Shown here: in pieces, positions 20,497 to 28,966 of the stretch
How the letters are laid out: the number at the start of each line of letters is the position of its first letter
Numbering within the stretch: the first letter of the stretch is position 1
Source of the DNA: a virus
Virus record (IMG/VR): IMGVR_UViG_3300036391_000001
Coordinates: 7,563-71,562 of that record
DNA length: 64,000 nt
Reading direction: 5' to 3' (one strand)
Notes under the pieces: model-generated
Told to the model about the DNA's origin: nothing
Databases searched by the model: none
Seen by the model: the letters and a program-made list of their open reading frames with translations, nothing else
Position numbers and translations under genes: made by a program

Positions 20497-20796
20497 ATGC
20501 ATATCATCTCCGGTTCGGCTTACGCACATCCTCAGAGAGAGATTGGCATCTGCGGCGTAGCGCTGTTGGTTGCCATTCGCAGTTTACGGGTCGATCGGGC
20601 GCTGGGCATTGCGCGGCTCAATCGTGAAATTGACGGCTTATCACGCTACCCTGAACCCGAAATGCGACGGATCGCTCAACTGGCAATGTCGTTTCTTTCC
20701 CCTGCGGATCTTGCCATGCTGCGAGAGGTGCAGAGCGAGGTTGAGTTCGGCGTGCTGTCCGGCGCAGCAGACGATAACCGGGTGTTGGCGGCATGA
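20497..20796 (+). CDS. Hypothetical protein
   Basis: ORF whose stop overlaps the next start. Confidence 0.45.
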   Translation: MHIISGSAYAHPQREIGICGVALLVAIRSLRVDRALGIARLNREIDGLSRYPEPEMRRIAQLAMSFLSPADLAMLREVQSEVEFGVLSGAADDNRVLAA

Positions 20797-21140
20797 CAGA
20801 TCTTCATCAGCTACCCCAAGCGATCGCCCAAATCCAGCGTCAGGCATTGGCTCAAGAGGGTGAGATCCGATACCTCAAAGCCACGCTGACCACCTTTGAT
20901 CGGGAAATTGAAGGGACGATCGCCTTCGATCCTGAGCTGAAGAACGAGTCTCAGCGCAAGGCAAAGAAAGCTGAATTGCAGGCTGAAGAGGACTATCAAG
21001 CGTTATCAATTAAGCTGCAACGCGCTCAGGATGGGCTAATTGAGCTACAAATCGAATCAGAGCTGTTGAGATCTCAGCTCTCTATTTTAAAGCTGGAGAT
21101 GCGTGGGGCGATCGCTCGACTGGAAGCTGAAGCCGCGTAG
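20793..21140 (+). CDS. Coiled-coil hypothetical protein
   Basis: Heptad-rich 115-aa ORF. Confidence 0.6.
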   Translation: MTDLHQLPQAIAQIQRQALAQEGEIRYLKATLTTFDREIEGTIAFDPELKNESQRKAKKAELQAEEDYQALSIKLQRAQDGLIELQIESELLRSQLSILKLEMRGAIARLEAEAA

Positions 21141-21203
21141 CCAGACGCAAACGGACTGAGGCGATCGGGCATCTTAGGGGCATCGCGCTTCATCCCCTAT
21201 CCA

Positions 21204-21485
21204 ATGAATCAGCCTACAGAATTTCCTTGTCCAGAAACCTGCCCTAATCGCAAAGCCACCGGGCTAGATCTGTTTGGCTGGCACGTTGACCCGCTAGAGC
21301 TAGTGCTACATGGCATGATCCTAATCTGCCTGGGCATCCCAGCCGCCAGGGCATCAGTAAAAGAAGACTTCGGCATAGAGCAAGGGCTGAAGTGGCTAAC
21401 CGCGATCGCTGGGGCCAGCACCCTGATCCGCATGAGTCCGACCGATCGCATTGATGCTTACCTGAAGCTCAGTGGCAAGGGTTAG
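21204..21485 (+). CDS. Small membrane protein (possible holin)
   Basis: Two hydrophobic stretches, basic C-terminus. Confidence 0.35.
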   Translation: MNQPTEFPCPETCPNRKATGLDLFGWHVDPLELVLHGMILICLGIPAARASVKEDFGIEQGLKWLTAIAGASTLIRMSPTDRIDAYLKLSGKG

Positions 21486-21491
21486 GCTAAT

Positions 21492-22202
21492 GTGGAGCAT
21501 CCTAACTGGCTCGATAGCCTCATCAAATGGATTAAGAAAAGTCTGGGATTCAAGTCAAGCGATCGTCCAACGGTGGAAATCCTTGACGAGTATCACGCAG
21601 ACGGAATCAGCGTATTTCAAATTAAAGACGGCAGCATACCCGGATGCTGCGACCTCTGGCGAATTGATAGACACCATGAACGAATCCGATTTTTCATCTG
21701 CTGCATCAATCTCCGATCTCTACGAGCCGACCTTGCTCTCATGGGAGGCAGCAGCACTATCGCAAAGTCTGGGGGCGGGGGATTGGTTGGAAATCTCAAC
21801 CAGCAGATGCAGCAGCAGAGCGCCATTGCCGCTTCACATTATTGGGTGTCCGGTTGGAGCAAGACTGTTAGCAGTGTGGATAGTAAAGGTAGACCCTATC
21901 AAACTCAACGCACTAGCGGCGTTCAGCTTGTGGCTGTTGATCTTCAAGGTGCTGCTGACCAGTTTGCAGGAGACAAGTATATCAAGCGCTTTGCTTGGAA
22001 GATTATCAAACAACTTGCCGCCAATGATTTCAGAGAACTGGAACACCACCGCACCTGGCAAGGCGCGGTAAAAGCGATCGATTGGGTGCAGTGGTTGACG
22101 GGTTTGGCTCAAAGTAAAGGCGGCATTGATCCGAACCACAATTTGCAGCCCTTGAAGCCCGATTGCAGGAAAATAGGTGATCGGCATCGGATGGGCAGCT
22201 AA
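21492..22202 (+). CDS. Hypothetical protein
   Basis: 236-aa ORF, Gly/Gln-rich middle. Confidence 0.55.
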   Translation: MEHPNWLDSLIKWIKKSLGFKSSDRPTVEILDEYHADGISVFQIKDGSIPGCCDLWRIDRHHERIRFFICCINLRSLRADLALMGGSSTIAKSGGGGLVGNLNQQMQQQSAIAASHYWVSGWSKTVSSVDSKGRPYQTQRTSGVQLVAVDLQGAADQFAGDKYIKRFAWKIIKQLAANDFRELEHHRTWQGAVKAIDWVQWLTGLAQSKGGIDPNHNLQPLKPDCRKIGDRHRMGS

Positions 22203-22270
22203 CGGAGCAAAACCCGGCAGGGCAAAACTCCTGAACCTGAACCCTAAAATCTAAGGTCTGACAACATCTA

Positions 22271-22343
22271 TTTTGCGACATTCAGTTTTGAGACATTCAC
22301 AAAACAAGGCATAGCCAGTTATCGGCAAAAGTTTTACGACATT
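22271..22343 (+). repeat. Three TTTTRNGACATT direct repeats upstream of the recombinase
   Basis: TTTTGCGACATTCA 22271, TTTTGAGACATTCA 22286, TTTTACGACATT 22332. Confidence 0.6.
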
Positions 22344-22396
22344 GGGGCGCTGCAATCGCCCCATAGCCACCGGGCACTCTGGGAGAATCCTAACCC

Positions 22397-23272
22397 TTGT
22401 TTCCCGTGTCCTCACTTGCCCTTGCATCCCAAATCAGTCCAGCCGACCTTGAAGCCGATCGCCGTCTGATTGAGATGTGGCTGCACGGGCGACCGCTTTC
22501 AACCCAGCGCACCTATCGAGCCACCATCAAGCCGTTTCTGGGAGCGATCGCTACTCTCAAGACGGTGACACTAGAAGAGGCGCAAGCCTATACTTCCAGC
22601 CTTTCGGACAAGTCCAGCGCGACTCAGGCGCACGCAATCCGGGTCCTCAAGTCGCTGTTTCGCTATGCCCATGAAACGGGCTACCTGCCTTTCAACGTCG
22701 CAATCCCGCTGAAATCTCCCAAGATTAAGGACACTTTGGCAGAGCGCATCCTAGAGCCTGTAGAGGTATTGCGCCTGATTGATGCAGTCAAGCAAAGCCC
22801 ACGCAACCACTTGATGCTTTACCTCACCTATGCGTCTGGCTGTCGGGTAGATGAGCTGGTGGGTTTGAAATGGCGCGATGCCAAACGGCGATCGGACGGT
22901 GGGCAAATCACGATCTTCGGCAAAGGCGGCAAAACCCGCACGGTTAACCTGCCCGCAAAGGTTTGGCGATCGCTCTCTCAGCATCAGCCTGACCCATGCA
23001 GCCTGGATGATCCGATCTTCGTTAGCCGCAAGGGTGGGCACATTACGCCGCGTCAGGTGCAGCGCATCGTCAAGCAAGCGGCTGAGAAGGCGGGGCTGTC
23101 TCCAGAGATTTCGCCTCACTGGTTGCGCCATGCCCACGCCTCTCACGCAATGGACGCGGGTTCACCCATGCATGTTGTCCAGAAAACCTTGGGGCATACC
23201 AGCCCAGCCACGACCGGGCGCTATCTGCATGTGCGTCCAACTGAATCATCTTCCAAGTATCTACCGCTTTAG
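22397..23272 (+). CDS. XerD-like tyrosine recombinase/resolvase
   Basis: YASGCRVDEL (R), GKGGK (K), HWLRHAHA (HxxR), LGH, Y catalytic motifs. Confidence 0.93.
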   Translation: MFPVSSLALASQISPADLEADRRLIEMWLHGRPLSTQRTYRATIKPFLGAIATLKTVTLEEAQAYTSSLSDKSSATQAHAIRVLKSLFRYAHETGYLPFNVAIPLKSPKIKDTLAERILEPVEVLRLIDAVKQSPRNHLMLYLTYASGCRVDELVGLKWRDAKRRSDGGQITIFGKGGKTRTVNLPAKVWRSLSQHQPDPCSLDDPIFVSRKGGHITPRQVQRIVKQAAEKAGLSPEISPHWLRHAHASHAMDAGSPMHVVQKTLGHTSPATTGRYLHVRPTESSSKYLPL

Positions 23273-23485
23273 CAGCATCGGATACCAGAGTCGCGATCGC
23301 CGCCCAGCGCTATAGGTATAGTAGACCTTGCCATCAGCTCGGAGCAGGTTGAGATGGCGTAGCAAAATAGTCCTGGTGATACCCATTTCTTTATGCAGCG
23401 CCGGGATATTGCTTCCCGGTTTGCTGATAACAGCATCTAGAATTTGCCGCGATCGCTCTGACGTGGCACAGCCTCTAGGTTTCAT
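23261..23485 (-). CDS. Small winged-HTH protein
   Basis: Helix-turn-helix then beta wing pattern (LLRHLNLLRADGKVYY). Confidence 0.55.
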   Translation of the reverse strand: MKPRGCATSERSRQILDAVISKPGSNIPALHKEMGITRTILLRHLNLLRADGKVYYTYSAGRRSRLWYPMLLKR

Positions 23486-23952
23486 CGATGCCCAAGTACA
23501 GGATCTCTAAACACCAGCAGCTTGATCCGGCAAGGACAGACCACATCGACAATCCAGATATGGGACTGCTGACCTTGGGGCTGCTGAAGCGGGGCGCGAG
23601 GGTTGCCCGTGCTAATATTGCCGCTGCGTTCGATCCCAGAAAAGATGCTGCGACGGTTGATATGCCGACCGACTTGAGGCAGCAAGCTATCTAAATTCAT
23701 GCCCATGCCGATCGCCCATTGGCAAGCTTGCCAGTAGTCGGAGAAGCCGCCGCTGGCAAAGAAAGTGCAGTTCAAGTACAGCTCTGATGGCATCTCGCCG
23801 CTGCTCAAATCTTGAGGGGTAAGGATGGCATAGCGCTCACCGCTGAGCGGGTCAGTGCTGCGGAAAGGGGTGGGCAGGTCAAGCGATCGCACCAAGTGAG
23901 CATGAACCTCTAAAGCAATCTGGTGAGCAGCTTCGGCGTATTTGCTAGACAT
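23482..23952 (-). CDS. Putative tail terminator/neck protein
   Basis: Member of the minus-strand operon headed by a gp10-like gene. Confidence 0.35.
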   Translation of the reverse strand: MSSKYAEAAHQIALEVHAHLVRSLDLPTPFRSTDPLSGERYAILTPQDLSSGEMPSELYLNCTFFASGGFSDYWQACQWAIGMGMNLDSLLPQVGRHINRRSIFSGIERSGNISTGNPRAPLQQPQGQQSHIWIVDVVCPCRIKLLVFRDPVLGHR

Positions 23953-24370
23953 AGGGGAATGGCGGCGGGATAGTGACGGGTGGAATGGGCGGAAACTCAA
24001 CAGTGATGGCTTGGGCAATGCGGAAGTCGAGCGTTCCGAAGGTGTCCGCGTCTTTGATGCTTTGGCCCTCTAGTTCGCAGTCCAGCTTATTGATGCCATC
24101 AGGCGCGATCGCCCAACCTCCCTCGGTCGCTGAATAGAGATCGAGCCAGCGACGATTCACCTGGCAAGAGTAACGATGGGCGCTGACCTCTTCGCCTGAC
24201 TTGAGGTTCCGAGGTGTCACGCCCAAATCCACAGCACTATTGATTTGCACCTCGATCCAATCCTGCCCAATTGGGCGGAAGTAGAGCCGGGTCTGAAGGA
24301 ATCCGAGGCGGCGATCGATCCGAGAGAGGCGATCGTCTACCTTGCGAAGCCGCTGATTCACGTTGGGCAT
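23945..24370 (-). CDS. Putative head-closure/neck protein
   Basis: Size and operon context only. Confidence 0.35.
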   Translation of the reverse strand: MPNVNQRLRKVDDRLSRIDRRLGFLQTRLYFRPIGQDWIEVQINSAVDLGVTPRNLKSGEEVSAHRYSCQVNRRWLDLYSATEGGWAIAPDGINKLDCELEGQSIKDADTFGTLDFRIAQAITVEFPPIPPVTIPPPFPYV

Positions 24371-24466
24371 AAGAAAGGGGCTGAACAGCCCCCAGGAACC
24401 ATCAGCCCTAATATGCCCAATAAAAAACCCGCGCAGTCGGCGGGCTTCGGGTGGGTGGTGAACGAT

Positions 24467-25204
24467 TTATGCTGCGGGCTTCTTAGCAGCAGTTTTTGTG
24501 GCTGGCTTCCGAGCCGTCTTGGTTGCCATTCTCTTAGCGACTGGCTTTGCGGCTGGAGCTTCTGCACCATTGACCTCTGGGGTAACTTCTGCGATCGCCT
24601 CAGTTGTCCCCATCCCAGCGATCGCCATTTCCAGCTTTTGCCGCATCAAATTTAGAGAATCTTTGATGGCAGACTCAGGCAAAACGAACCGCCCCTGGCT
24701 ATAGCGCCATGCGGATTGGGGTACCGCTTCCAAGATCAAAGAGCCGATCGCATCGTCTGATTGCTGCGTCACTTTCTGAACCTGCCTTAGCACCTCTTCA
24801 AAGGTTCCTTGTGTCGATCGCCCACTCTTTGCTGCGCTAGGTGCCTTAGTCTCTGTCTTGGTTTCTGTGCGCTCCAGGGTTGCCGTTGCCATAAGATCTT
24901 CTCCAATCGCATTTAGATCCGATTCTAGGTCAATATTCGGCAGAACGCATAAGAGTGAAGACTCCCACACTTTTTCATCGCAGAACCAGATCGAAATTTG
25001 GGATGTGCCCGTAATGCAGTAGACCTGCTCTTCTAAAGCACTGTCACCCAGCAAGAGATCGACCTCCGCCTGATAATTGCAGTAGATCTTCAGTTCATCA
25101 TCCATAAACAAAAGGGTGGTGAACTTTGTTGCCTGCACTTGTTGGCGAAGGCGCTCAAGCTTCATCTGGCAAAGGATAGCGATGTCTTCCGAGGTGAGTT
25201 CCAT
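24467..25204 (-). CDS. Hypothetical protein with basic Ala/Lys/Pro C-terminal tail
   Basis: 245-aa ORF ending KPATKTAAKKPAA. Confidence 0.6.
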   Translation of the reverse strand: MELTSEDIAILCQMKLERLRQQVQATKFTTLLFMDDELKIYCNYQAEVDLLLGDSALEEQVYCITGTSQISIWFCDEKVWESSLLCVLPNIDLESDLNAIGEDLMATATLERTETKTETKAPSAAKSGRSTQGTFEEVLRQVQKVTQQSDDAIGSLILEAVPQSAWRYSQGRFVLPESAIKDSLNLMRQKLEMAIAGMGTTEAIAEVTPEVNGAEAPAAKPVAKRMATKTARKPATKTAAKKPAA

Positions 25205-25207
25205 ACT

Positions 25208-25549
25208 TTAAAGTTGGTTGAGTGCTTGGGTGATTTGAGCTTCGATAACGGCTTCCAGCTTGCTGCTGTCTTCGGCGGCTGGATTGACCAAAGGATTGCC
25301 TTGCAGAGAGCGATTGCGATCGGGTCTGGCATTCGGCGCGGCTAGAGGGTAGTGATTGATGCGGTAGTCTACGGGGCTAGCAACAGTCACTTCAAGGCTG
25401 TCGGGGGTTGCCCGTTGGACGATCGCGTAGGACTCTCGCAAGCGACCCGATTGCACTTGAACGTGTTCGCGGATGTCGGTCAAGGCGATTTCAGCGACTT
25501 GGTTCAAGCCTTGCGCGATCGCCCCATTAATCTGCTGTTCTAAGTCCAT
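25208..25549 (-). CDS. HK97 gp10-like neck/tail-completion protein
   Basis: V.VQSGRLRESY motif resembling the P.xTG.LR.S signature. Confidence 0.6.
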   Translation of the reverse strand: MDLEQQINGAIAQGLNQVAEIALTDIREHVQVQSGRLRESYAIVQRATPDSLEVTVASPVDYRINHYPLAAPNARPDRNRSLQGNPLVNPAAEDSSKLEAVIEAQITQALNQL

Positions 25550-25708
25550 TCGCCTTGCCTCTAACCATTGCCCCTAGACTGCCCAGAGGCTAGTGGTTTT
25601 GCTCGATTGGGCAATCTGAAGTACAGACGGCTGCCCAGTCGTCAAAACGCACCCTAAGCCAGCTACAGCGCCAAAGTTGGCGGCTTTGCTGCATACCTCC
25701 ACAAAAGT

Positions 25709-25813
25709 TCAGTAGAGCTACTTAAGAACGACTCAAGGCATGGAACACCCCGCACGATCGCCCTCTCGCCTGACTCCAGGCGGCTTCAGACCAGACCCCT
25801 CAGTAGAGCTACT
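25709..25813. repeat. Two 14-bp direct repeats TCAGTAGAGCTACT upstream of terS
   Basis: Copies at 25709 and 25800 with internal AGTAG/CTACT dyad. Confidence 0.65.
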
Positions 25814-25818
25814 CAGTT

Positions 25819-26583
25819 GTGCCTAGAAAGTTTGAGCCAGAGAAACACTGTGGAGCGATCGGCAAGAACGGTCAGCCTTGCACCCGCCCCAAAGGATCGG
25901 CAACCGATCATCCCGGTGAGGGCTGTTGCTACCTGCATGGGGACGCGGCGATCGTGCCTGTTGATGTGCCTGTGGAAGCGATCGCTGAGGTGGTCGTTCC
26001 CATCGCTGTCCGCCATCCCAACAAAGCCAGACCCGCCAATCAGAACGCGGTCAAGCATGGGCTATATGCCAGAGTATTGACGGGCGCGGCGGCAGTGCGG
26101 TTTGAGGCAGTGCAGCAACATGATCCGGCTTCCATCCTGCGAGAAAGTTTCTGCATGGTCCATGCCCGTGCCCTAGGGCTACTGGAAGGAGAGGGCAAGT
26201 TCGATCGCCAAGCTCAGACCGTTCTGGAAGCTTGCACCGTGCTAGTTGAGGCAGGGGAGCTGTCCGAAGATTTTGTCAAAGAGCTGGAGCTGCGGCTCTT
26301 GAATCTGGACATTGAGCGCCTTGCCCGTATCCTCAACAGCACGGTCAACCTGGCAAATGCGGCGGTATTTCATGAGCGCATGGGCAATTTGCAGCGGCAA
26401 TACGATCGCCTGATGGGATACCTGCAAGATTCGGTGAGATTGGGCGATCGCTCTATTAAGGAGCTGGCACTGCAAGCGATTCAGGAGCTGAAGCTTGAGG
26501 CAGGATTGCCGCTGGAGGAGCTAAATATGGCTTTACAGGCAATTCAGGAGGTTAAATCGGGTGAGGATGAGGAAGAAGCTTGA
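25819..26583 (+). CDS. Putative terminase small subunit
   Basis: N-terminal CGA..K.G.PC...C..HG Zn motif and NQNAVKHGLYA signature common in terS-like proteins. Confidence 0.7.
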   Translation: MPRKFEPEKHCGAIGKNGQPCTRPKGSATDHPGEGCCYLHGDAAIVPVDVPVEAIAEVVVPIAVRHPNKARPANQNAVKHGLYARVLTGAAAVRFEAVQQHDPASILRESFCMVHARALGLLEGEGKFDRQAQTVLEACTVLVEAGELSEDFVKELELRLLNLDIERLARILNSTVNLANAAVFHERMGNLQRQYDRLMGYLQDSVRLGDRSIKELALQAIQELKLEAGLPLEELNMALQAIQEVKSGEDEEEA

Positions 26584-26633
26584 ACTTCCGTACTACAATT
26601 GCGCTTAGCGTAGAGTTTAGGGGACTTCTGGCT

Positions 26634-26909
26634 ATGAATAAGGCGGAACTCGTGACGGCGATCGCCACCAAGACGGAATTTAGCAAGAAAGATATTGATT
26701 TGGTGCTATCAGCGGCGATCGAGGCGATTCAGGGCGCTGTTGCGGCTGGAGATAAGGTGACATTGGTAGGGTTTGGGAGCTTTGAACCGCGTGAGAGGGC
26801 GGCTCGTGAGGGGCGGAACCCTAAGACCGGAGAGGCGATGCAGATTCCAGCGAATACGGTTCCGGCATTTTCGGCAGGCAAGCAGTTTAAAGATCTGGTG
26901 GCAAGATAG
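26634..26909 (+). CDS. hup: HU family DNA-binding protein
   Basis: MNKAELV...GDKVTLVGFGSF...AREGRNPKTGE...PAF signature. Confidence 0.96.
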   Translation: MNKAELVTAIATKTEFSKKDIDLVLSAAIEAIQGAVAAGDKVTLVGFGSFEPRERAAREGRNPKTGEAMQIPANTVPAFSAGKQFKDLVAR

Positions 26910-26935
26910 ATTTTCCTTCCAAATAGATGTCAGAT

Positions 26936-26964
26936 AGCGCTTCTCAGGTCAGGGGCGCTTTTTT
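26936..26964 (+). terminator. Hairpin plus U-tract after hup
   Basis: AGCGCTTCT...AGGGGCGCT followed by T-run. Confidence 0.5.
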
Positions 26965-27020
26965 GCACGTCGCAAAACGGAGATGGGCACTGTAGGGATG
27001 TTGAAACCGATCGCCCCTCT

Positions 27021-27887
27021 ATGCCCCGTATTCAAACCGACTGGCTACCCACAGAACAATTAATGACCGCCTTTCACCCGCTGAACCCGATTCAGCATGA
27101 GGTCGAGGGCGATGTAAAGGATTTGGCGCTCTCGCTGTTGGAGGGCGGCTGGGTTGAGCCGATTACCCTAAATCAGCGCAATGGGCGGCTGGTAGGCGGA
27201 CATGGGCGAGTCGAGGCGGCGAACTGGCTCTTGCAGCAGTCTGAATCGTGGTTCGAGCATCGCTGGCAGCTATGGACGGCACATCACGAGGGCGGCGTAA
27301 GCGATGAAGAGCGTTTCACCGCAGAGTATTGGCAGAAGGCGCTAGTGCTAATGGTGGATCTGAGTGAGGCAGAGCATGAGGCAATGCTGATCCGCCTGAA
27401 CGACACCGAGAGCCAAGGCAAGGACGACCCGGAGAAGTTGAAAGCGCTGCTAGGACAGCTCCCCGGCAGGTTAAAGCAGCTAGCCGGGTATAGAGAGGCG
27501 ATAAGTGCTTCACACCCACAAGTGACCGCCCCAGAACCCCAGACCACCGAAGACTTTCAGGACAAGCAGCGGTTTGAAGCAGCAGGAGCGATCGATTATC
27601 GCGTCGCCGATGCACCGGAGCCAGACACGGCAGAGTATGCCAGTGGGGACGTGACAGAGTATGACGATCCGGATCAGGCGGGTGAATGGATTGAGGACGA
27701 AGAAGAGGATGAGCCTATTGAGCCGAAAGCGCCGCCGCCTGTGAGGGCTTTGTCGGTATCGCTGACCTGGGCACAGTGGAAGCTTTGGAATACCTGGAAG
27801 CGTGAGAACGATATCTCCAAGGATACCGATGCGTTTGTTAAGGGGCATGATGCCTATCAAGTTGTGGAGGAACCCGCCGATGCCTGA
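27021..27887 (+). CDS. ParB/Srx N-terminal domain protein, paralogue 1
   Basis: NP..H...L..SL..GW..PI..N...GRLVGGHGR motif; acidic linker. Confidence 0.82.
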   Translation: MPRIQTDWLPTEQLMTAFHPLNPIQHEVEGDVKDLALSLLEGGWVEPITLNQRNGRLVGGHGRVEAANWLLQQSESWFEHRWQLWTAHHEGGVSDEERFTAEYWQKALVLMVDLSEAEHEAMLIRLNDTESQGKDDPEKLKALLGQLPGRLKQLAGYREAISASHPQVTAPEPQTTEDFQDKQRFEAAGAIDYRVADAPEPDTAEYASGDVTEYDDPDQAGEWIEDEEEDEPIEPKAPPPVRALSVSLTWAQWKLWNTWKRENDISKDTDAFVKGHDAYQVVEEPADA

Positions 27888-28056
27888 ACTGAGCTTAGAA
27901 CAGTGCTTTGCGCTAGCGCACTTAGAGAAGGAATGCGAGCAAATGACGCTCGATCAAATCCGCGATCGCCTGATTCAGACCTACGAGCGCACTTTGCGAA
28001 TGGAAGCACAGTATCGCGCTGCGCTTAAGAAACAGTGGGGGATTGGCGATGCCTAA
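27880..28056 (+). CDS. nblA: NblA phycobilisome degradation protein
   Basis: MPELSLEQCFAL...MTLDQIRDRL...YRAALKKQWG matches the NblA LSLEQxF and Y..LLKxQWG signatures; 58 aa. Confidence 0.85.
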   Translation: MPELSLEQCFALAHLEKECEQMTLDQIRDRLIQTYERTLRMEAQYRAALKKQWGIGDA

Positions 28057-28966
28057 GAAACCGGAGATCCTTTATAAGACCGTCACTGAGCTGATGGCGC
28101 GGCATCACGAGGATAATCCTCGCGTCCACGGTTGGGATGCTGATTTGCCCAAATTGGTCAGGAGTCTCCTATTCTCAGGCTGGTGTGAGTTGCCCTCCTA
28201 CAACGAGAATAACGATCGCCTCATCGGGGGGCATGGGCGCGTCATGGCGGCTGAGTGGATGATTCAGCAAACGAAGGCTTGGTATGAAGAGCAATGGCAA
28301 TCCTATCTAGCCGTCAATCCTAGGGGCAGCAAGAAGGATAGAGAGCGGTTTGACGCGGGGTACTGGCTAAAGGTGCCTGTGCGGGTGAATCGTCTGGATG
28401 ACTCGCTGCACAAGGCAATGATGGTGCGGCTCAACAACCCAACCAGCCGGGGACGCACTAAGGAAGATATGAGGACGCTGCTCCTGTCGCGGCTGACTCC
28501 AGCGGCTCAAGACATTGCCATTCCCGACCCGGAACGCCGATCGCGGCTATTGGGGGCGATCGCCACTAAACGGGCTGAGGGTGCAGATGCTGAGGTGATC
28601 GAGCAGCAGGAACAGGCTGAAGGGATGGCGCGGGTGCAAGAGTCGCTAGCGGGTTTCGTGCCGCAAGAACCCAGTGATGCACCGCCCTCAGCTTTTGCGC
28701 CTGTGGCAAATCCCCAGACCTCTGCGGATTTGGATGCAGCCATTGATCCGGAGCCAGTCATTGAAGAAGGCGGGGCGCATTACAACGAAGATCCGGAGCC
28801 GGGGAAGAAGAAAGCGATCGCTTACCCACTGGCGATCGTGCTGTCGAATCGGCGCTGGCAAGAGTTTGAGGCTTATAAGGCGGCGATCGGGGTAGTCAGT
28901 GACCAGGTGGCGTTCCTCAAGGGCCATGTCGTATTTAATCAGAAAGAGGAAGAAGGCGATGAGTGA
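28049..28966 (+). CDS. ParB/Srx N-terminal domain protein, paralogue 2
   Basis: DNPRVH...LVRSL..SGW...YNE...RLIGGHGR; shares ERF.A.YW and FxKGH motifs with paralogue 1. Confidence 0.82.
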   Translation: MPKKPEILYKTVTELMARHHEDNPRVHGWDADLPKLVRSLLFSGWCELPSYNENNDRLIGGHGRVMAAEWMIQQTKAWYEEQWQSYLAVNPRGSKKDRERFDAGYWLKVPVRVNRLDDSLHKAMMVRLNNPTSRGRTKEDMRTLLLSRLTPAAQDIAIPDPERRSRLLGAIATKRAEGADAEVIEQQEQAEGMARVQESLAGFVPQEPSDAPPSAFAPVANPQTSADLDAAIDPEPVIEEGGAHYNEDPEPGKKKAIAYPLAIVLSNRRWQEFEAYKAAIGVVSDQVAFLKGHVVFNQKEEEGDE

